Assembly: GCA_028282585.1 (NCBI GenBank)
Contig: JANQHR010000131.1
Location: forward strand, 1-10,572
Source: Bacteroidales bacterium
GTDB taxonomy: Bacteria > Bacteroidota > Bacteroidia > Bacteroidales > UBA12077
Length of the DNA: 10,572 bases
Direction of reading: 5' to 3'
Positions within the stretch are counted from its first letter, which is position 1. Each line of letters begins with the position of its first letter. The notes under the pieces are model-generated. The model saw nothing but the letters and a program-made list of their open reading frames with translations. It did not search any database and was not told the DNA's origin. Positions 1 through 5,725 of the stretch are shown piece by piece. The translations under genes and the position numbers were made by a program.

Positions 1-574
1 GAACTTTCCAGCCTTTATAATCTGCAGGTCGCGTGTATACGGGTGGCGCTAATAAATTATCCTGAAATGAATCTGTCAATGCTGACGTTTCATCTGAAAT
101 TACGCCCGGAACCAGCCTAACAACACTATCAACAACAATAGCCGCCGCCAATTCCCCACCGGTTAAAACATAATCTCCGATTGATATTTCTTTGGTAATA
201 AAATGATCACGTATTCTTTGGTCAATTCCTTTATAGTGGCCACAAAGTATCATGATATTCTCGTATGTAGCTAATTTATTAGCTTCTTGTTGATTATATT
301 TTATACCATCCGGTGATGTATAAATTATTTCATCATAATCCCTTTTTGATTTTAAGGATGATATTGCCCGGTCTATTGGCTCAATCATCATAACCATGCC
401 TGCCTCTCCTCCAAAAGGATAATCATCTATGCTTTTATGTTTATTACTAGCATAATCTCGCAAGTTGTGTATATAAATCTCGGTATGTCCCTTTTCCTGA
501 GCTCTCTTAATTATACTATGTTCAAGCGGGCTTCTCAATAATTCTGGCAATACGGTTATAATATCAATTCTCAT
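1..574 (-). CDS. trmD: tRNA (guanine-N1)-methyltransferase TrmD, 5' part (191 codons; continues past the left edge)
   Basis: Manual translation from the ATG at 574 (CAT at 572-574): [29 protein letters not shown]...HNLRDY...[14 protein letters not shown]...YTSPDG...[13 protein letters not shown]...[16 protein letters not shown]...VVRLVPGVI...[24 protein letters not shown]. These are the hallmark TrmD/SPOUT motifs, and the frame is open to position 2. Confidence 0.98.
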   Translation of the reverse strand, partial: MRIDIITVLPELLRSPLEHSIIKRAQEKGHTEIYIHNLRDYASNKHKSIDDYPFGGEAGMVMMIEPIDRAISSLKSKRDYDEIIYTSPDGIKYNQQEANKLATYENIMILCGHYKGIDQRIRDHFITKEISIGDYVLTGGELAAAIVVDSVVRLVPGVISDETSALTDSFQDNLLAPPVYTRPADYKGWKV

Positions 575-592
575 CTGTTACATCTTTTTTTA

Positions 593-600
593 CAAAATTA
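593..600 (-). promoter_or_regulatory. Putative Bacteroidota primary-sigma -7 promoter element for trmD
   Basis: The minus strand reads TAATTTTG, an exact match to TAnnTTTG, 18 nt upstream of the trmD ATG. No clean -33 TTTG was found at the expected spacing. Confidence 0.5.
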
Positions 601-690
601 AAAATCGTGCCATAAAATTTTAGAGATTTTTGATTTTCTTAAATTAAATTATCACTTTTTAGTCATTTTGTCATGGTTTAATCTATTTTT

Positions 691-707
691 AATGCCATAA
701 TGGCATT
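691..707. promoter_or_regulatory. Palindromic operator-like site upstream of hsp20
   Basis: Perfect inverted repeat AATGCCA-taa-TGGCATT, flanked by related TGYCA/TGRCA boxes at 608, 669 and 733. Confidence 0.45.
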
Positions 708-839
708 TTATTTGTTCGTTTTTAACTAAAAATGGCACAATACTGCATTGGTATGGGATTTGAAAATAAGCTTATCAGACAAACAAAAATTAATTTAAAC
801 CAAATTAAAATAGTATTAAAAATTTAAAACAATAAAATT

Positions 840-1286
840 ATGACACTAGTAAGAATGAACAGACCGGTATCCTATATGCACAGAAATGGATACAGAACAT
901 TTTCAGATTTAGTAAATGAAATGTTTAATGAAGAAAAAATTAGTACGAATCAATTCATCGTAATTCCACCCGCAAATATTGTAGAATCTAAATTCGACTT
1001 TAGAATTGAAATTGCTGCTCCCGGATTCGAAAAATCTGATTTCAAAGTTGATCTGGACAAAAACCTTTTAACTATTTCACTGGATAAATCAGTTGACGAA
1101 AATGAAGAAGAAAAGTACAATTCGAAAGAATTTAACTTTAACTCTTTTAAAAGGTCATTTCGAGTTTCTGATAAGATCGATTCTGAAAAAATCAATGCGA
1201 TTTACAAAAACGGATTATTACAGGTTGTTCTTCCTAAAAAAGAAGAGGCGATTGAAAAACCAGCAAGAGAAATAAAAATTTCATAA
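840..1286 (+). CDS. Small heat-shock protein, Hsp20/alpha-crystallin family
   Basis: 148 aa with PPANIVE, IEIAAPGFEKSDFKV, FKRSFRV, the AxYxNGLLxV motif (INAIYKNGLLQVVLPK) and a C-terminal IxI motif (REIKIS). Confidence 0.95.
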   Translation: MTLVRMNRPVSYMHRNGYRTFSDLVNEMFNEEKISTNQFIVIPPANIVESKFDFRIEIAAPGFEKSDFKVDLDKNLLTISLDKSVDENEEEKYNSKEFNFNSFKRSFRVSDKIDSEKINAIYKNGLLQVVLPKKEEAIEKPAREIKIS

Positions 1287-1316
1287 CAACTCAAATATAT
1301 ATAGTCCTTTAAACAG

Positions 1317-1349
1317 AAATCCCCAAAGATTAGATTCTTTGGGGATTTT
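1317..1349. terminator. Intrinsic terminator, probably bidirectional, between hsp20 and the convergent fibre operon
   Basis: 13-bp perfect stem AAATCCCCAAAGA (1317-1329) / TCTTTGGGGATTT (1336-1348) with a 6-nt loop. It lies between the convergent stops at 1286 and 1370 and has short T runs on both strands. Confidence 0.85.
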
Positions 1350-1369
1350 ACTTTCTACCTGTCTAAATT

Positions 1370-3355
1370 TTATCGCTTATCTAACAATTCTATAATTTCA
1401 TTTAGTTTTTGCTTTAATTCCTCATTTTCTGCTTTTAGCTCCTCTATTTGCGCCTGTTGTTCATTAACTGCATCTATCAATATTGGGGTAAACTTAACAT
1501 AATCAACAGCCTTATAACCTTTTGTATTTGTATGGACTAACTCTGGTAAAGTTTTTTCAACATCTTGTGCAATTATACCTACTTGTTGCCGATCTTTAAA
1601 ACCCAGCTCATTTTTTGCGTATTCATTCCATTTAAAATAATACGCACTAATACCGGACAACAATTTTAATCCGGATTGTATTTTTACAAATTCTTTCTTT
1701 AAGCTTATATCTGAAGGCAATGCAGAAACACTTGCATATAAGGTACCTGTGATGGTTACCTCTTCTTCTGAGAAATCTCCATAGATTAATGTAGAACTGG
1801 AATTATTTGCTATAAAAAGCTGGTTATCTCCCGTTGAACCGGCACCAGCATTATAACCAATACAAACATTTCCGCTTCCCAATCTATTTAAATGGCCGCC
1901 CCCTCCGGCATATGCCCCAACAAACACATTATAATTACCCGTTGATGAACCTCCAGCACTAAAACCAGCCCCATTTCCTACAATAGTATTTTCATTTCCC
2001 CTTAAATTTCTTCCTGCATCAATTCCAACTATTGTGGTTGCATAAAATTCATTATCCGTTACATATTGGTTGTACCCAGTTCTATCACCAATACATATAT
2101 TATCATCTCCGCTAACATTTTTACCGGCCTCATTTCCAATAAATGTGCTATGCGTAGCTCCTACAGATCTTTCACCAGCCAGGTTGCCAATAAAGATATT
2201 ATCGTAACCACCGGTCATATCATAACCTGTTCTAATTCCAATAAATACATTATTATTTCCACTTTTGTTAGAATAACCAGCCCGGTGTCCTAAAAATAAA
2301 TTACTTGATGCACCGAGCGCGTTATTTCCTGCTTCATAACCAAACATACTATTAAATTTTCCAGTAGTGAGTCGTGAACCTGCGTTATGACCAATTAAAT
2401 AATTTTGCTTTGTCAAATTCAATAAACTTTCCGATACTCCACTTTCAATATTTGCAATACCAAACCCGGCTGTTGAATCTTTAACAAAAATTCTTGTGCT
2501 ATCCGGCAGGACCTGCAAATAATTATTAGTTAATCCTTTGGAAGGATTTCGTCCGCTAACTGCAAAACCTCCAACTTTACCTTTTGTTAATGGTTCTTCA
2601 TTAACATAAACTCTGGTACTGTCCGCCGTAACAAAGAATAATTCTGCATTAGTTCCTTTACTAGGATTACGCCCACTTACGGCAAATCCTCCAACTTTAC
2701 CCTTTGCATTAATCGTGTCACTTACATAAATTCTTGTGCTATCCGGCGTTACAGTAAATATTGTTACATCCGATGATTTTGAAGGATTTCTACCACTTAC
2801 CGCAAAACCACCTACTTTTCCTTTTGAAGATTCGTTCACGATAACTTCCGCTCCGTCCGGAAATACGGCAAATACAACATTACCATCATGATCTTTAACA
2901 ACAAATAAAGTATCTGTTGTTGTGGAGTATACTGCATTAGAACCCAGATTTTCCGCATTAAGCGCTTTCTCAGAATATAGAGCGTATGGAACTGATAAAA
3001 GTTGCACGGTACCCATATCCACATATCCACTTCCAGCATCAACCTCAATACCTAAATATTTGTCATTTTCTCCCCAGTTTATTTGAGAAAAGGTGCCTGA
3101 TTCAACTGTTCCATCTCCTATTACCAGGTTTACAACTCCGTATGAATTAGTGGTTTTGGTATGTATTTCCTGATAAAGTATTGATCCTGTTGGCTCATTA
3201 TCTATTATTGATATTCGGATATCTACGCTTTGATCCGTGATCAATTCACCTGAATTGTTTCGAAGAACTGCCTGATAATTGAAATTACCGGGAACTTGTG
3301 CTATCAAATCAAAAGAAAGTAGCACCATTAAAACCAAATAGAATAGTTTTTTCAT
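1370..3355 (-). CDS. Secreted tail-fibre-like protein with C-terminal S74 intramolecular chaperone (paralog A, 661 aa)
   Basis: Signal peptide (..LSFDLIA|QVPG); conserved N-domain NYQAVLR...LLSVPYA; 3 x 40-aa KGKVGGFAVSGRNPSK repeats; 11 NxxxGxxAG repeats; SDISLK...YYFKW...QVGIIAQDVEKTLPELV...GYKAVDY; terminal coiled coil. Confidence 0.88.
   Translation of the reverse strand: MKKLFYLVLMVLLSFDLIAQVPGNFNYQAVLRNNSGELITDQSVDIRISIIDNEPTGSILYQEIHTKTTNSYGVVNLVIGDGTVESGTFSQINWGENDKYLGIEVDAGSGYVDMGTVQLLSVPYALYSEKALNAENLGSNAVYSTTTDTLFVVKDHDGNVVFAVFPDGAEVIVNESSKGKVGGFAVSGRNPSKSSDVTIFTVTPDSTRIYVSDTINAKGKVGGFAVSGRNPSKGTNAELFFVTADSTRVYVNEEPLTKGKVGGFAVSGRNPSKGLTNNYLQVLPDSTRIFVKDSTAGFGIANIESGVSESLLNLTKQNYLIGHNAGSRLTTGKFNSMFGYEAGNNALGASSNLFLGHRAGYSNKSGNNNVFIGIRTGYDMTGGYDNIFIGNLAGERSVGATHSTFIGNEAGKNVSGDDNICIGDRTGYNQYVTDNEFYATTIVGIDAGRNLRGNENTIVGNGAGFSAGGSSTGNYNVFVGAYAGGGGHLNRLGSGNVCIGYNAGAGSTGDNQLFIANNSSSTLIYGDFSEEEVTITGTLYASVSALPSDISLKKEFVKIQSGLKLLSGISAYYFKWNEYAKNELGFKDRQQVGIIAQDVEKTLPELVHTNTKGYKAVDYVKFTPILIDAVNEQQAQIEELKAENEELKQKLNEIIELLDKR
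1830..2407 (-). repeat. Gly/Asn-rich intragenic repeats (11 copies, mostly 16-17 aa), probable beta-solenoid
   Basis: NYLIGHNAG, NSMFGYEAG, NLFLGHRAG, NVFIGIRTG, NIFIGNLAG, STFIGNEAG, NICIGDRTG, TTIVGIDAG, NTIVGNGAG, NVFVGAYAG, NVCIGYNAG. Lower boundary approximate. Confidence 0.85.
2476..2824 (-). repeat. Three ~120-nt coding repeats (40-aa unit) in paralog A
   Basis: KGKVGGFAVSGRNPSK-x10-DSTR(I/V)(Y/F)V occurs three times; the DNA copies are offset by 120 nt (near 2541, 2661 and 2781). Confidence 0.93.
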
Positions 3356-3379
3356 GATATCATAGTTTATAATTATTAG

Positions 3380-5683
3380 CTATTTTAATAGAAGTTCTTC
3401 TAGCTTTTTAAGCCTTTCTTCAAGTTCTGTATTCTTCCGTTCTAAATCTTCTATAATTGATTGCTGCTCTTTAATTGCTTCAACTAAAACAGGTGTTACT
3501 TTACCGTAATCAATTGCTTTATAACCTTCATGATCCGCCTTAACTAATTCCGGTATTATTTCTTCCATTTCCTGGGCAATGAATCCAACCTGATCCCGAC
3601 CCGAAAATCTCTGTTGTTTAAATTCATCAACTCTCCAATTAAAAGTAACCCCCCTCATTTTCATTATTTTATCTAAAGCATTCTCATAAGTTTTTATATT
3701 ATTCTTGAATCTAGCATCGGACCCACCCCAAGAACCTCCAGAACAATAAGCTTCTCCATAAACCAATAAAGTATAGATTCCAGTCTGTCCATCAGGCACA
3801 TCTACAATTAAACCATAATTGTTATATGCCTGGTAATTAATCCCCACATTACCATTTATCCGTAGATGGTTTTGGTCAAATTCACCATAAAACAATGCTT
3901 CAGTTGAATCAACATTTTCATTTTCTATTATTAGCCTATTATTTATACCATCCGCATAATATCCAGCTTCATTACCAATAAAAACATTTCCTGAACCTTC
4001 ACGAATATTATATCCGGCATAATAACCTAAAAATGTATTATTTGAACCTTCATAATTAAGGTAACCAGCCCTATAACCTAACATCGTATTGTAGCTCCCT
4101 GTAGTAGTAAAAGAGCCAACCGCCTGTCCAATATATGTATTCCGTGTTCCTGTGTTGGAACTTATACTATACCCGGCACCATTACCAACAAAAGTATTAT
4201 TGCCACCAGTCGCACTTCGCCCTGCAGAAGTACCAATAAAAGTGTTATTGCTCCCTGCTGCATTTTCTCCCGCCAAAGAGCCATATACTGAATTACTGGC
4301 AGTAGTTAATGAATATCCACTTCGGTAACCCACAAAGGTATTCTGAAATGTATTTTGAGTAGAATAACCACTTTCTGTTCCTACATAAACATTATTACCT
4401 CCGCCCAAATTAGAATAACCACTTTGGTAACCTAAAAATAAGTTATTACTACCAGCTGTATTTGCATAGCCAGCTTGGTAGCCAATCATGCTATTGTAGG
4501 CTCCTGTTGTATTTTCACCAGTTTGATGGCCAATTCGATAATTTTGTTTATTTAAATTTAAGAAGCTTTCTGCGGTACCGCTTTCTATATTGGCAATACT
4601 AAAACCTGCTACAGAATCTTTTACAAAAATCCTTGTACTATCAGGCGATACCTGCATATAACTTGTTAATGTACCTTTTGAAGGGTTTCTTCCGCTAACA
4701 GCAAATCCTCCAACTTTACCTTTAGTTCCCGAATCCGTTATATAAACTCTGGTACTATCTTTTGTTACCTGCAAATAGTCATTTACTGTTCCTTTTGAAG
4801 GGTTTCTTCCACTCACCGCAAAACCTCCTACCTTGCCTTTTCCTGTTTGATCATCATTTACATATATTCTGGTACTATCTGCAGTAATAAATAACAATTC
4901 CGTATTAGTATTCTTAGACGGATTTCTTCCACTTACAGCAAATCCTCCAACTTTACCTTTACTTGAAACAGTATCATTAACATAAATTCTTGTACTATCC
5001 GGAGTAACTTTAAGAATATTCACATCGGTCGCTTTTGAAGGATTACGTCCGCTAACTGCGAAACCACCTACTTTTCCCTTTGCAGTTTCGTTAACTATAA
5101 CCTCTGCACCATCAGGAAATACTGCAAAAACAACATTACCATCATGATCCTTAACCACAAATAAAGTATCAACTGAAGGTGAGTAAATAGCATCCGATCC
5201 TAACACTTTTGCCATATTAGCTTCGTCTGCATAAAGTGCACTATTAGCAGAGTTTGCAGTATGGGCTACTACCGAAACTCTTGACGAATCAGATATATTT
5301 GAATAATTAGCATATGGAACGGATAAAAATTTTATCACCCCCAAATCAACATAACCATTACCATCATCAACTTCAATTCCCAAATATTTGTCATTTTCAC
5401 CCCAGTTTATTTGAGAAAAGGTGCCGGATTCAATTGTTCCATCTCCTATTACCAAATTTACAACTCCATAAGAATTAGTAGTTTTGGTATGTGTTTCCTG
5501 ATAAAGTGCAGATCCTGTCGGCTCATTATCTATTATTGATATTCGGATATCTACACTTTGATCTGTAATTAGTTCTCCGGCATCATCCCGTAGAACAGCC
5601 TGATAGTTAAAATTACCAGGAACCTGTGCCAATAGATCAAATGATAACAGCAGAACACAAAACATTAAGTAAAACTTTTTCAT
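3380..5683 (-). CDS. Secreted tail-fibre-like protein with C-terminal S74 intramolecular chaperone (paralog B, 767 aa)
   Basis: Signal peptide (..LSFDLLA|QVPG); same N-domain; 4 x 39-40-aa repeats; 12 Gly/Asn repeats; SDARFKNNI...RGVTFNW...QVGFIAQEMEEIIPELV...GYKAIDYGKVTPVLVEAIKEQQ; coiled coil. Its stop is 24 nt before the start of paralog A. Confidence 0.9.
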   Translation of the reverse strand: MKKFYLMFCVLLLSFDLLAQVPGNFNYQAVLRDDAGELITDQSVDIRISIIDNEPTGSALYQETHTKTTNSYGVVNLVIGDGTIESGTFSQINWGENDKYLGIEVDDGNGYVDLGVIKFLSVPYANYSNISDSSRVSVVAHTANSANSALYADEANMAKVLGSDAIYSPSVDTLFVVKDHDGNVVFAVFPDGAEVIVNETAKGKVGGFAVSGRNPSKATDVNILKVTPDSTRIYVNDTVSSKGKVGGFAVSGRNPSKNTNTELLFITADSTRIYVNDDQTGKGKVGGFAVSGRNPSKGTVNDYLQVTKDSTRVYITDSGTKGKVGGFAVSGRNPSKGTLTSYMQVSPDSTRIFVKDSVAGFSIANIESGTAESFLNLNKQNYRIGHQTGENTTGAYNSMIGYQAGYANTAGSNNLFLGYQSGYSNLGGGNNVYVGTESGYSTQNTFQNTFVGYRSGYSLTTASNSVYGSLAGENAAGSNNTFIGTSAGRSATGGNNTFVGNGAGYSISSNTGTRNTYIGQAVGSFTTTGSYNTMLGYRAGYLNYEGSNNTFLGYYAGYNIREGSGNVFIGNEAGYYADGINNRLIIENENVDSTEALFYGEFDQNHLRINGNVGINYQAYNNYGLIVDVPDGQTGIYTLLVYGEAYCSGGSWGGSDARFKNNIKTYENALDKIMKMRGVTFNWRVDEFKQQRFSGRDQVGFIAQEMEEIIPELVKADHEGYKAIDYGKVTPVLVEAIKEQQSIIEDLERKNTELEERLKKLEELLLK
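3950..4546 (-). repeat. Gly/Asn-rich intragenic repeats (12 copies, 16-19 aa)
   Basis: Examples: NNLFLGYQSG, NNVYVGTESG, QNTFVGYRSG, NNTFIGTSAG, NNTFVGNGAG, YNTMLGYRAG, NNTFLGYYAG, GNVFIGNEAG. Lower boundary approximate. Confidence 0.85.
4614..5081 (-). repeat. Four ~120-nt coding repeats (39-40-aa unit) in paralog B
   Basis: Four exact KGKVGGFAVSGRNPSK peptides, each followed by DSTR(I/V)(Y/F). Confidence 0.93.
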
Positions 5684-5725
5684 AGTTTCGTTTATTTAAT
5701 TCAACATCATACTTTTAGTAACAAA

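Noticed and set aside
1-574. trmD not preceded by rpsP-rimM
   Set aside because: The enterobacterial operon order is not universal, so a separately promoted trmD is not remarkable, and the downstream context is outside the window.
733-747. TGGCACAATACTGCA as a sigma54 promoter
   Set aside because: GG-to-GC spacing is 9 nt rather than the strictly required 10.
950-1275. ORFs 950..1195 (-) and 1093..1275 (+)
   Set aside because: Both lie entirely inside the well-supported hsp20 gene and have no recognisable motifs; they are shadow frames.
2066-3048. ORFs 2066..2293 (+) and 2836..3048 (-)
   Set aside because: Antisense or alternate-frame ORFs inside paralog A with no independent support.
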